This document shows, in pieces, positions 49,488 to 59,000 of a stretch of DNA of 64,000 nucleotides. The notes below the pieces were generated by a model. It worked only from the letters and a program-made list of their open reading frames with translations. It was not told where the DNA came from and ran no database searches. Position 1 is the stretch's first letter. The number at the start of each line of letters is the position of its first letter. Source of the stretch: Crocinitomix sp. (GTDB lineage Bacteria > Bacteroidota > Bacteroidia > Flavobacteriales_D > Crocinitomicaceae); assembly GCA_013138735.1 (NCBI GenBank), contig WTCE01000107.1, positions 1,771-65,770 on the forward strand, in the 5' to 3' direction. The position numbers were made by a program, and so were the translations under genes.

Positions 49488-51334
49488 GAAACATAGACAA
49501 CAGAAAATATGTAATTGCGATCATTTTTGTTCTAATTCCGCTTTCATTTATTGTACGGCTGTTTTATATGCAAGTGGTGGATGATAAATGGAAAGACAGA
49601 GCCGCTACTATATCTGAAAATAAAATTTTAACCTATCCTGCTCGTGGAATCGTTTATGATAGAAACGGGCAAAAAATAATTTCGAATGAGGTGTATTATG
49701 ACATTCATGTTATTCCGCGCCAAGCAAAAAACACCGACAGTTTAGCACTTGCTCAATTGCTTGGAATTTCAATGGAAGAATATAGTGCAAAAATGGCCAA
49801 GGCTCGCGCTTATTCATCCAAAAAACCTTCAGAAGTTGTCCGTCAAATTCCACCCAATGAATTTTCGCAAATTGCTCCTGAATTATATAAATTTCCAGGA
49901 TTTTTTGAGGTTGCTCGAACCTTGCGGGTTTATCCTAAAGAAATTGCAGCCCATGTTTTGGGTTATATGAATGAGGCCAGTCCTAAAGATATTGAAAAGG
50001 ATCCTTACTATAAACCTGGAGATTATATTGGGCGCACAGGAATTGAGCGCATGTATGAAAAACAATTGCGCGGGCAACGTGGTGTAAAATACTATTTGCA
50101 GGATGCCATTGGAATGCAAACCGGCGAATATGAGGATGGGAAATATGACACCATTGCCGTTCAAGGCCAAAACATAACCCTGTCAATTGATTGGGAATTG
50201 CAAGAATATGGTGAGCGTTTGATGCAAAACAAACTTGGAAGTATCGTTTGTATTGAACCTGCAACAGGCGAAATATTGGCCATGGTTTCTGCCCCATCTT
50301 ACGATCCGAACTTATTGGTTGGGCGACATTTGGGCGCCAATTATGGTCGTTTACAGAAAGACACGCTTTTACCATTACAAAACCGATCCATCAACTCGGC
50401 CTATATGCCCGGATCAATTTTTAAAACGGTAATGGCACTCATTGGAATGCAAGAAGGTGTTATTACTGAAAACTCGAGCTTTCCTTGTAATAAAGCCTTA
50501 TTAGGTTGCCATAACCATCCAACAGCACAGGGCGTTTCTGATGGTGTGAAAATGTCTTGTAACCCCTATTTTGTTCAACTTACGCGGCGAATCATTCAGC
50601 AGGGTAAAGATCCAAGCGTATTTAAAGATGCCGCAATTGGATTAGATATTTGGGCAGACTACGTGCGTAGTTTTGGAATTGGTGTGGATTTAAAAACTGA
50701 TTTTCCTACCAACGTAACGGGAAATGTACCCGATACAGATTATTATAACGAACGTTTGGATTTTAGATGGGCCTTTAGTACAATTCAATCAATCGCAATT
50801 GGTCAAGGGGAGGTCTTAATTACACCAATGGAAATGGCTAACCTTGCCGCAATAATTGCCAATCGTGGTCATTATTATTATCCGCATTTTATTAAAGACA
50901 TTGAAGGATCAAGCGTCCCCGATATTTATTTAACTCCGAACAATACCATGGTAGATTCTTCCTATTTTGAACCTGTAGTAGATGGGATGTGGCGGGTAGT
51001 TCATGAAAGTGGCGGAACAGCACGTCGTGCAAGAGTTGATAGCTTGGCCGTTTGTGGAAAAACGGGCACGGTTGAGAACTTCAAAAGAATAAGCGGCAAG
51101 GTATATCAATTAACAGATCACTCCAACTTTATGGCTTTTGCACCAAGAGACAATCCGCAAATTGCCATTTCAGTATTTATTGAAAATTCGGGCTTTGGTG
51201 GAACTTGGTCTGCGCCTGTTGCGGCATTAATGATCGAGAAATACATCAATCGAACCATCAAGGACACGGTGAAAGAAAATCGCATTTTTAATGCCAATTT
51301 AATCCCAGATATAAACGATATTATTCGGGAATGA
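49484..51334 (+). CDS. mrdA: Penicillin-binding protein 2
   Basis: RGIVYDRNG, PGSIFK (SxxK), SCN, KTGT. Confidence 0.96.
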   Translation: MRNIDNRKYVIAIIFVLIPLSFIVRLFYMQVVDDKWKDRAATISENKILTYPARGIVYDRNGQKIISNEVYYDIHVIPRQAKNTDSLALAQLLGISMEEYSAKMAKARAYSSKKPSEVVRQIPPNEFSQIAPELYKFPGFFEVARTLRVYPKEIAAHVLGYMNEASPKDIEKDPYYKPGDYIGRTGIERMYEKQLRGQRGVKYYLQDAIGMQTGEYEDGKYDTIAVQGQNITLSIDWELQEYGERLMQNKLGSIVCIEPATGEILAMVSAPSYDPNLLVGRHLGANYGRLQKDTLLPLQNRSINSAYMPGSIFKTVMALIGMQEGVITENSSFPCNKALLGCHNHPTAQGVSDGVKMSCNPYFVQLTRRIIQQGKDPSVFKDAAIGLDIWADYVRSFGIGVDLKTDFPTNVTGNVPDTDYYNERLDFRWAFSTIQSIAIGQGEVLITPMEMANLAAIIANRGHYYYPHFIKDIEGSSVPDIYLTPNNTMVDSSYFEPVVDGMWRVVHESGGTARRARVDSLAVCGKTGTVENFKRISGKVYQLTDHSNFMAFAPRDNPQIAISVFIENSGFGGTWSAPVAALMIEKYINRTIKDTVKENRIFNANLIPDINDIIRE

Positions 51335-52716
51335 GAACCCAAGAAAACAAAATATTTGCCAATATTGATTGGGCGCTTTTGGGTGTCTATTTTGTGTTGG
51401 TATTGTTGGGAATCAGTAATATTTACTCTTCTGTTTATAATCCCGAACGACCCGGATTATTTGATTTGAATACGGAACATGGTAAACAAATAATGTGGTT
51501 GGGAATCGCCTTATTTTTAGGTATAATTGTCTTCTTTTTAGAGTCAAACTTCATTCGAAAGTACGCCTATTGGTTTTATGGTTTTACCATGTTATTATTA
51601 ATTGCTGTGCTTTTTACAACACCAATCCACGGAGCAAAATCTTGGTTTGGTTTTGGAGGAGTTGGTATTCAACCGTCCGAATTTGCTAAAGTTGGTGTAG
51701 CGCTCGCTCTTGCCCGTTTCATTGATCAAAACAGCAGCTCAAAAGAGCGAAAGAAGATGGGTAAAAATGCAGGGATTTCCTCACTTTGGGGAATCATTCC
51801 TTTCATTGCAAAAAATAAAGGAACAGCACTTATTTTGGGAATTCCCTGCGTACTGGTTTTAATGCAACCTGATGCGGGAACCTTTATCATATTCACCTCC
51901 TTTTTACTTGTGCTTTATCGGGAAGGTTATGCGGGAAATATCCTCCTCTTTTTAGTAATCTCGGTTATTATTGCAGTGCTGACCTTATTGGTTGCCGATT
52001 CTAATTTTATGTTGCCATTCACCAAAATGCAACTGTCGGGTAAAACTGGAATTATTATTGCCTTAATTTTTATAACAGGGGCTTTTGCTTTTGTCATTAA
52101 GTCATTCGTGATGCGACGGAATCGTAAAAGTCTCTACCGCTCGCTTTTTGGAAGTTTTATTATAGCCGTTGTATTCGTAAATTTTGTGGAGATTGGGTAT
52201 ACCAATATTTTGCAATCGCATCAAAAAGTGCGCATTGATTTGCTGCTCGGTAAAATTGATGACCCTGATGGAGAAGGGTATAATATTAACCGAGCAAAAG
52301 CAGCTATTGGTTCGGGTGGATTTATTGGTAAGGGCTATCGATCAGCAACCTTAGCCAATGCGAGTCAACGCCACGTACCCATGCAGAGTACCGATTTTAT
52401 TTTCTGTACTTGGTCAGAAGAGCGCGGGTTTTTAGGCTCTTTTGTTTTGGTGGGCTTGTATACCTTTTTGCTCCTAAAAATGGTGGTAATTGCAGAACGG
52501 CAACGCTCAATCTTTACGCGCGTTTATGCCTACTGTGTGGCCAGTATTTTCTTTTATCATTTCATGATTAATGTAGGCATGGCTATTGGTTTAGCTCCTG
52601 TAATTGGAATTCCGCTTCCGTTTTTTAGCTACGGCGGTTCTTCCATGATGTCTTTCTCAGTTTTGATTTTTATTTTGCTTAAATTGGACTCTGAACGAAA
52701 AATTGTATTGCAATAA
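51331..52716 (+). CDS. rodA: SEDS peptidoglycan polymerase RodA
   Basis: IQPSEFAK, QPDAG, AIGSGG, TDFIF...EERG, IGIPLPFFSYGGSS. Confidence 0.96.
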   Translation: MRTQENKIFANIDWALLGVYFVLVLLGISNIYSSVYNPERPGLFDLNTEHGKQIMWLGIALFLGIIVFFLESNFIRKYAYWFYGFTMLLLIAVLFTTPIHGAKSWFGFGGVGIQPSEFAKVGVALALARFIDQNSSSKERKKMGKNAGISSLWGIIPFIAKNKGTALILGIPCVLVLMQPDAGTFIIFTSFLLVLYREGYAGNILLFLVISVIIAVLTLLVADSNFMLPFTKMQLSGKTGIIIALIFITGAFAFVIKSFVMRRNRKSLYRSLFGSFIIAVVFVNFVEIGYTNILQSHQKVRIDLLLGKIDDPDGEGYNINRAKAAIGSGGFIGKGYRSATLANASQRHVPMQSTDFIFCTWSEERGFLGSFVLVGLYTFLLLKMVVIAERQRSIFTRVYAYCVASIFFYHFMINVGMAIGLAPVIGIPLPFFSYGGSSMMSFSVLIFILLKLDSERKIVLQ

Positions 52717-52719
52717 ATT

Positions 52720-53484
52720 ATGCTAAAAACCTTTTCACCTGGCTTGCAGGTTATCATGTTCATTCTGCTCGTTATTTTTTCAGCAATGATGGGCAATGCG
52801 CTGCTTGGTTTAGCGCTTGCAGTTACGGTGAGTCAAGACACCTTAATGCAGATAGATATTACTGACCCTCGATTGGTTATTGCACTCAATTTATTTAGTC
52901 AGGTTTTTTCATTTCTTGTGGCTTTTTTATTGTATTTGCGTTTAAGTGGCGAACGTTTTTCGGACATGGTTCACATGCAATCCATCAAATTAAAACCACT
53001 CTTATTTACGGTGGGGCTATTAATAGTATGTTTTTATGCATTTCCTTTATTCGAATTTATTAATGAACCACTTCGGCAAATCTTGCCTGTTGAAATCTTA
53101 GAATCAGAAATTTTAACCGACCAGCGTCACGACGCTCTTTTTATTCAATCTGATCCCATCCAATTTGTCTTTGCTTTGATAGTAATGGCATTACTACCAG
53201 CAATTTTTGAAGAACTGGTATTTAGAGGGTTTTTAATCAAAAAAATGTTGCAATCTGGCATGTCAGAATATGGTGCAATATTAATGAGTAGTGCCATTTT
53301 CGCCCTTGTGCATATGCAACCCATGAAGTTTTTAGCCATGTTTACATTAGGAGCAGCTTTAGGATTTGTCTACATGAGATTTCGGAATTTAAAATATGCA
53401 ATGGTCCTACATTTTCTTTTCAACGGTACTCAAATTACAATGACCTTTTTGGCAGGTTCTGGATTGCCTTATCTTGATTTTTAA
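52720..53484 (+). CDS. CPBP (Abi/CAAX-like) intramembrane glutamic endopeptidase
   Basis: PAIFEELVFRG, FALVH, HFLFN. Confidence 0.9.
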   Translation: MLKTFSPGLQVIMFILLVIFSAMMGNALLGLALAVTVSQDTLMQIDITDPRLVIALNLFSQVFSFLVAFLLYLRLSGERFSDMVHMQSIKLKPLLFTVGLLIVCFYAFPLFEFINEPLRQILPVEILESEILTDQRHDALFIQSDPIQFVFALIVMALLPAIFEELVFRGFLIKKMLQSGMSEYGAILMSSAIFALVHMQPMKFLAMFTLGAALGFVYMRFRNLKYAMVLHFLFNGTQITMTFLAGSGLPYLDF

Positions 53485-53494
53485 ATTGCTACGT

Positions 53495-54232
53495 ATGCGG
53501 ATCTTTATAACAACATTCATTTTAATAGGGCTCATTGCTTGTTCAACTCCAACCGGTGAAAATAAGTGGGAATCTGACGCAAGTGCAACAACATTAGAAT
53601 TAGATACCGCCAATTATAACGTGGCCTTTTTAATTATGGACGGCGTTTTCAATTCGGAATTGACTGCGCCTTATGATATTTTTCACCATACCATTTTCAG
53701 AGACAGCATTAAACCCATGAATGTGTTTACCGTTGCAAATAGTATGGCACCCGTGACAAGTTTTGAAGGACTTAGGATTTTACCCGACTTTGATTATTTA
53801 CAAGACGACTTACCAAAAATTGACATTTTAGTTATACCCAGCGCCGAGCATCATTTGGATAGTGATTTAGAAGATACACTCATGCTTGACTTTGTGAAAA
53901 AAACCGCCGAAAATGCTATTTACGTTACCTCACATTGTGACGGCGCATTTGTTTTAGCAAAAGCCGGTTTGTTAGATGGTGTGGTTTCTACAACCTTCCC
54001 AGGAGATGTGCAAGCCATGCGCGAAATGTTTCCAAAGCTTGACGTAAGAGATAGCACTTTATTTGTGCATGACGGAAAGTTTATTACCTCAGCAGGAGGG
54101 GCCAAAAGTTTTGAAGCTGCCCTTTATTTATGCGAAATTATGTATGGAAAAAAGGTTGCAGAGGATCTTGCTGGAGGATTGGTCATTGATTGGGATTTGG
54201 AAGATGTGCCGCATATTGTTATTGAAAAATAG
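53495..54232 (+). CDS. DJ-1/PfpI family lipoprotein
   Basis: Lipobox LIAC; SHCDGAFVLAKAGLLDG; ITSAGG. Confidence 0.88.
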   Translation: MRIFITTFILIGLIACSTPTGENKWESDASATTLELDTANYNVAFLIMDGVFNSELTAPYDIFHHTIFRDSIKPMNVFTVANSMAPVTSFEGLRILPDFDYLQDDLPKIDILVIPSAEHHLDSDLEDTLMLDFVKKTAENAIYVTSHCDGAFVLAKAGLLDGVVSTTFPGDVQAMREMFPKLDVRDSTLFVHDGKFITSAGGAKSFEAALYLCEIMYGKKVAEDLAGGLVIDWDLEDVPHIVIEK

Positions 54233-54422
54233 ATGTAAGACCACTACGTTATTAGTTCCCGATAGCTATTAGGATAGATCGCTGTGCTGTTAAATTGATT
54301 CCTGCACGGTTTTACCAATTTAGACTTAATCATTGATAATTCAATATTATCATCATTTTTGATGAGGGCAAACTACAACATTCTTCTAATCATTGTATCC
54401 ATTTATTTTTTAAAACGAAACT

Positions 54423-54896
54423 ATGACTGAAGGAATTGATTACGTACTTGTTGAAAATGCCCAAACAATTAACTATGCAAACATAATGGACCGTATAAAA
54501 TGCGTTTTTATTGGAACCAAAAACTACTTCTTTGCAATACCCTATTCCATTACAAATTATGCCAATGATTATCGTGAAGATATGATAGGAAAAGCTGATA
54601 TCAAACATGATGGAATGCCACTGCAAGAATACATCCTTAACGAACTGAAAAATTCTAAAATGAGTATCCAAGAATTTGAGGATTACATTATCAAACAAGG
54701 ATTTGATTCTTTAAAAATTGTGAATCTTAACACGGGTTGTCAGCAAATAAAAGCGAAAGCAAGTTTTCTAAGTACTGGATTAATGTATAATGAAACCACT
54801 GAAAGAAAAGGGTGGAAACTATTCCTTACTAACTATAAACACAGTAAACACGCTGTAAAAGAATTTTACCGCAATCATTCTAAAACAGTCGACTAA
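54423..54896 (+). CDS. Hypothetical protein
   Basis: ORF track only; no recognised motif. Confidence 0.65.
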   Translation: MTEGIDYVLVENAQTINYANIMDRIKCVFIGTKNYFFAIPYSITNYANDYREDMIGKADIKHDGMPLQEYILNELKNSKMSIQEFEDYIIKQGFDSLKIVNLNTGCQQIKAKASFLSTGLMYNETTERKGWKLFLTNYKHSKHAVKEFYRNHSKTVD

Positions 54897-55091
54897 TTAG
54901 TCAAAGATATTAGACCGCTGCGCTATTGGATGAAATGTTTTGGCTGTAGGCAAAAAGTTGAATTTGACGGTTTGAAAATTAATTTTGAACCAATTGTATA
55001 TTTATACATTCAAATCTTCACTCATTAAATCATTGAAAATTAACAACTTCTTTACCAATCGAATCGTCATTAGGGAAACCAACCCAGTAAT

Positions 55092-56951
55092 ATGAAACCA
55101 ATTCGCACCTTTCTAATTCTGCTTTTACTGTTTTCACAACACGGTTTTTCACAAATTGGCGTAAATATTGGCTTGCCCGAACGCGGTGGAACTTATATTG
55201 ATTTAGCCAAAGAGAATTACCGGTGGAACAATTTAGCCACAGCCACACCCATAAACTCAGGCGAAGTAGATGCCAGTGGATGGCCGACAATTAATGCCGA
55301 ATATATTATTGATTTCAGACCTGTTGCAGAATGGGGTGGGTTTATTGATGATCCAGAGGTGTATCGATTAGACGTCAGCGGCACTTGGAAATGTTCTTTT
55401 ATTGGGCAAGCAGATCTCACGGCTTCTGGAGGAACAATAACAAGTGTGACCTACGATTCACCCAGCAATACCACAACCTTTGATTTTGTTGTAGCACCTG
55501 GCAGTCCTGGTTTGTTCTTTATGCAATTTGACAATACACAACGTACCGATACCGACCCTTTAAACACAGGGTTTACTAATTTTAAAATGTTGCGGCCTGG
55601 TTATGCGAATGACGACAACCTCTTTCATACTGCATTTTTAGACTTATTTAATGAACTTGATTTTAGTGCCATTCGCTACATGGTTTATACCAACACCAAC
55701 GGCAGTGATCCTATTTATCCATCTGAAAAAAACTGGGCAGATCGAAAACTAGCGACAGATGCTGCACAAACTAGAATGGATGCACTGAATAAAAAAGACG
55801 GCGCGTGCTGGGAACATGTGATTGATATCGCCAACCGAACAGAAACGGATGCATGGATTAATGTACCGATATCGGCAAGTACAACTTATATTACTGAACT
55901 AGCAACGTTATTTAAAGCGAACCTATCTGCCGACTTAACGCTATATGTTGAAAGTAGCAATGAAGTTTGGAATACAGCCCCCGGTTTTGAACAAAGCGAT
56001 TATAATGAAAGCGAAGCTGCTGCTCTTGGAATAAGTGCAATTGAAAACCATGCAAGACGAACAATTGAAATTGCTCAAATTTTTGAAACCATTTACGGAC
56101 TAGGAAGTTTAAACAACGAAGTCCAAGTCATTTTGTGCAGTCATAAACCTATGCTGCAATGGTGGGTTGAACCAATGCTCGAATATGTTGAATCAAACTT
56201 TGGTGCGCCTTCCAATTATATTTCGGCCATTAGTTGCCAAACCTATTTTTCTGGCGGAGAGGATGACGGTGAAAGTATTTCCGAAATCCTAAGCGATTGT
56301 CATACTTCAATTACCGATCAAATTGATGATGGTGGTGTTGATTTAGCAGGAAGAAAACAATGGATTGAACGTGCCAACGCTTGGGAATTAAGTGGTGGAT
56401 TTACTTCGTATGAGGGTGGGCCTGACCATGGCGGCGGTGGAATCGTCAATATAGAAAATCGGATTATGGCGGAACGCTCGGAGGGCATGTGTGAAGAAAT
56501 GCGTTATAATTTAGACGAAGGTTTTTTACAATTAGGCGGGAAATTAGCCATGCAATTTACACTGACAAGTAGTTATAATCGCTACGGCTGCTGGGGTTTG
56601 ACGGATGATGTGAATGTTCCTGATCGTAATTATAAATTTCAATGCATGAAAGATTTATTAGACGCAGAACCCTTGACCATTGCTGACAGAAATACGCAAG
56701 AACCTGTTTTGGTCTACCCAAACCCTGCACAAACTACCATTAATTTTTCCTTTAACTTGATCGAAAATTCTGATCTCGCAATTTCAATTTTCGACCCAAC
56801 TGGTCGATTGGTGAAAACGATTACAAAAATCAATCAAAACCAAGGAGAACATACTATGCAGTTTGAACGCGAAGAATTAATGAATGGCCTTTACTATTTT
56901 ATGTTTGAAGCTGGGTCGCAAACCGCAAACGGTTCCTTTGTTCTTGATTAG
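55092..56951 (+). CDS. T9SS cargo with a putative clan GH-A-like catalytic domain
   Basis: AIRYM, DAWINVP, YVESSNEVWN, FTSYEGG, YGCWG; CTD VYPNPAQ...GLYYF. Confidence 0.75.
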   Translation: MKPIRTFLILLLLFSQHGFSQIGVNIGLPERGGTYIDLAKENYRWNNLATATPINSGEVDASGWPTINAEYIIDFRPVAEWGGFIDDPEVYRLDVSGTWKCSFIGQADLTASGGTITSVTYDSPSNTTTFDFVVAPGSPGLFFMQFDNTQRTDTDPLNTGFTNFKMLRPGYANDDNLFHTAFLDLFNELDFSAIRYMVYTNTNGSDPIYPSEKNWADRKLATDAAQTRMDALNKKDGACWEHVIDIANRTETDAWINVPISASTTYITELATLFKANLSADLTLYVESSNEVWNTAPGFEQSDYNESEAAALGISAIENHARRTIEIAQIFETIYGLGSLNNEVQVILCSHKPMLQWWVEPMLEYVESNFGAPSNYISAISCQTYFSGGEDDGESISEILSDCHTSITDQIDDGGVDLAGRKQWIERANAWELSGGFTSYEGGPDHGGGGIVNIENRIMAERSEGMCEEMRYNLDEGFLQLGGKLAMQFTLTSSYNRYGCWGLTDDVNVPDRNYKFQCMKDLLDAEPLTIADRNTQEPVLVYPNPAQTTINFSFNLIENSDLAISIFDPTGRLVKTITKINQNQGEHTMQFEREELMNGLYYFMFEAGSQTANGSFVLD

Positions 56952-57003
56952 TCAAAAGTCAAAAAATAAAATTAATAATTGACCCGTTGATAATTGCACA
57001 TTT

Positions 57004-57984
57004 CTAATGTCTATTATCACAACTAATTTCAATAAAAGATTGTTTATCATCCACAAAATAAAGACTATTACAACCGAACATAGGTTCAATGAAATTGAAA
57101 AAAACAGTCGCTTTATTTTTAAATAATTTTCCAGCCCACTGACAATCTGAACTAGTTGCATCACCTCGCTCTACCCTTAAGCTTATCACGTCATGATCGC
57201 TCTCTTGGAAAAACAATTTCTTGTAAATCAATTGATTTGTTAATGAATCCGCAACAAGTAAATATGGAATTACATTTCGGCGATACCTTGAATAATTCAT
57301 CACATAATAAGTCAAGCCATCCATATTACTCTGGTAAATATCTTGGACAGAAAATGAATCTAATTCACTAGGAAAGTTCTTCACTCTATGAAATGATGGA
57401 AAGTTATCCGTTTCCAATTTTGTCCAAATCATAGGTTTAAAATGCCCCACTTGAAACGGACAATCTTTCCCAATCGACACAAAGTCATTTCTATAATTCC
57501 CCAATTCATGCATATCTAACAGCTTGCTTTTTATCTCAAATCCAATATAATAATCGGAATCTGGAATTGGAAGTTGCGGTTCATACGGAGTTAGATATGC
57601 AACAAGAGCTAAATCACTCACTTCAAAGGTGTAAATAGTATCTTCAACAAGATGATAGATATAAAGCTTATCCGATTCTTTTATGCCTAGTCGCGATAAA
57701 AACCGTTGCCGATAAATCGAGTTCAATGTATGCGCATTATCCCCTACCGCTTCTAAATCAAGATTTCCCAAATGTTCATCCGCTATTACTAACGAATCAG
57801 GATGTTCACTAAATGGAAAACCGTCCGTTAATGAAACAAAACCGAATTGAGGTCCATCCACGATATAATACTCAGATAGTCTATATATTTTCGACTCTTG
57901 TCCATCACCATATATTGGTGAGAAGATGATTAGTATTAATAGCAATGTGAATCGAAAAATTTTCATTTCAGTGGATAAGTTCAA
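57004..57984 (-). CDS. Hypothetical exported protein
   Basis: Signal peptide from MKIFRF; long ORF. Confidence 0.7.
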   Translation of the reverse strand: MNLSTEMKIFRFTLLLILIIFSPIYGDGQESKIYRLSEYYIVDGPQFGFVSLTDGFPFSEHPDSLVIADEHLGNLDLEAVGDNAHTLNSIYRQRFLSRLGIKESDKLYIYHLVEDTIYTFEVSDLALVAYLTPYEPQLPIPDSDYYIGFEIKSKLLDMHELGNYRNDFVSIGKDCPFQVGHFKPMIWTKLETDNFPSFHRVKNFPSELDSFSVQDIYQSNMDGLTYYVMNYSRYRRNVIPYLLVADSLTNQLIYKKLFFQESDHDVISLRVERGDATSSDCQWAGKLFKNKATVFFNFIEPMFGCNSLYFVDDKQSFIEISCDNRH

Positions 57985-58182
57985 GAACTAAGTTAACCAT
58001 AGCTTTTAGAAGCACTCGTCCCTAATTCCATAATTATTACTCGCAATTATTATAAATAACAAACCAGCTATTATTCGATTAAGCGCTTGTACGAAGTCAA
58101 TCTCGTATGGATTCAAAACAATACAAGCACGATAAATTCGGTGTTTCTGAATCGAATATTGCGCTATTTTGGAACGCCCGTG

Positions 58183-58221
58183 AAATAAAAGAGGGAAATA
58201 TCCTTTCGAATAAATCCCTCT
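58183..58221 (-). terminator. Intrinsic terminator directly after the Cys-rich small ORF
   Basis: Minus strand AGAGGGA-tt-TATTC-GAAA-GGATA-tt-TCCCTCT-TTTATTT. Confidence 0.8.
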
Positions 58222-58228
58222 CGTGTTT

Positions 58229-58312
58229 TTAACAACAGCTATTGGTTGTTTCACACGTACAAGTGCAATTATTGTTTTCATCACAGGTACATGTACAGTT
58301 ACAATTTTTCAT
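58229..58312 (-). CDS. 27-aa Cys-rich metallothionein-like peptide MKNCNCTCTCDENNNCTCTCETTNSCC (not in ORF track)
   Basis: Manual translation; 9 Cys; A-rich leader; own promoter and terminator. Confidence 0.8.
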   Translation of the reverse strand: MKNCNCTCTCDENNNCTCTCETTNSCC

Positions 58313-58348
58313 CTTTTAATTTATTAAGTGATACATTCTTTTGTCACT

Positions 58349-58381
58349 TATACAAACGCAGTACTTTAAAAAAGACGCAAA
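58349..58381 (-). promoter_or_regulatory. ECF promoter copy upstream of the Cys-rich peptide: TTTGCGTC-N15-CGTT
   Basis: Same boxes and spacing as the copy upstream of the sigma gene. Confidence 0.75.
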
Positions 58382-58396
58382 CAAAATAATCTTAGG

Positions 58397-58930
58397 TTAA
58401 CAATCACAGTCTTTTTCATCTGCATCCAGTACATTCCCATAAGTGTCTGTTTGGATGGCACAACACGCAACAAATAAGTTTTTCAATTTTTCCTTTGCTC
58501 GTTGCGACCGTGATTTAACGGCTGAATAGCCTAAGTTTAAACTAGCGGCATATTCTTTTTGACTCATTGAGCCAAACGCTGTTTTATTGAGTAGGTCTTG
58601 ATCCTTTTCAGACAGTTCTTTTACGAATGAAGTCAAACATTTGCTTAAATCCTGAGTGGATTCAGTTGATTCTTCTGGAAATTTTTCTTCGATCGTTTCT
58701 TGATAAACAACCCATTTCTTTTTTCGATAAGAATCAATGATTGTATTGCGTGTGATGCGATAAATCCAGCTAGCCAAATTGGTACCTTCCGTTAATCCTT
58801 TTAGGTTCATATGAATCTTAATGAACACTTCTTGTAAAAGGTCCTCGGCCAATTCATGATCGTTTATTCGGGACTTTATAAACCCAAACAATTCTCCTTT
58901 AAAATCATTCCAAACATGTTCTGTTGTCAT
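58397..58930 (-). CDS. sigZ: SigZ-family ECF sigma factor with a Cys-rich C-terminal tail
   Basis: AEDLLQEVFIK...SWIYRITRNTIIDSYRK; SQKEYA...YSAVKSRSQRAKEKLK..FVACC...YGN...CDC. Confidence 0.85.
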   Translation of the reverse strand: MTTEHVWNDFKGELFGFIKSRINDHELAEDLLQEVFIKIHMNLKGLTEGTNLASWIYRITRNTIIDSYRKKKWVVYQETIEEKFPEESTESTQDLSKCLTSFVKELSEKDQDLLNKTAFGSMSQKEYAASLNLGYSAVKSRSQRAKEKLKNLFVACCAIQTDTYGNVLDADEKDCDC

Positions 58931-58940
58931 TGTTTTCTTT

Positions 58941-58973
58941 TATTAGACGTACTATCTTTAAAAAGACGCAAAA
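58941..58973 (-). promoter_or_regulatory. ECF autoregulatory promoter TTTGCGTC-N15-CGTC upstream of sigZ
   Basis: Minus strand TTTTGCGTCTTTTTAAAGATAGTACGTCTAATA. Confidence 0.75.
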
Positions 58974-59000
58974 ATTAGCGCAAATCTTTATCTTCGTATT

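Noticed and set aside
58006-58284. 92-aa ORF from the track
   Set aside because: No recognisable features; it overlaps the Cys-rich peptide in another frame and runs through that peptide's terminator
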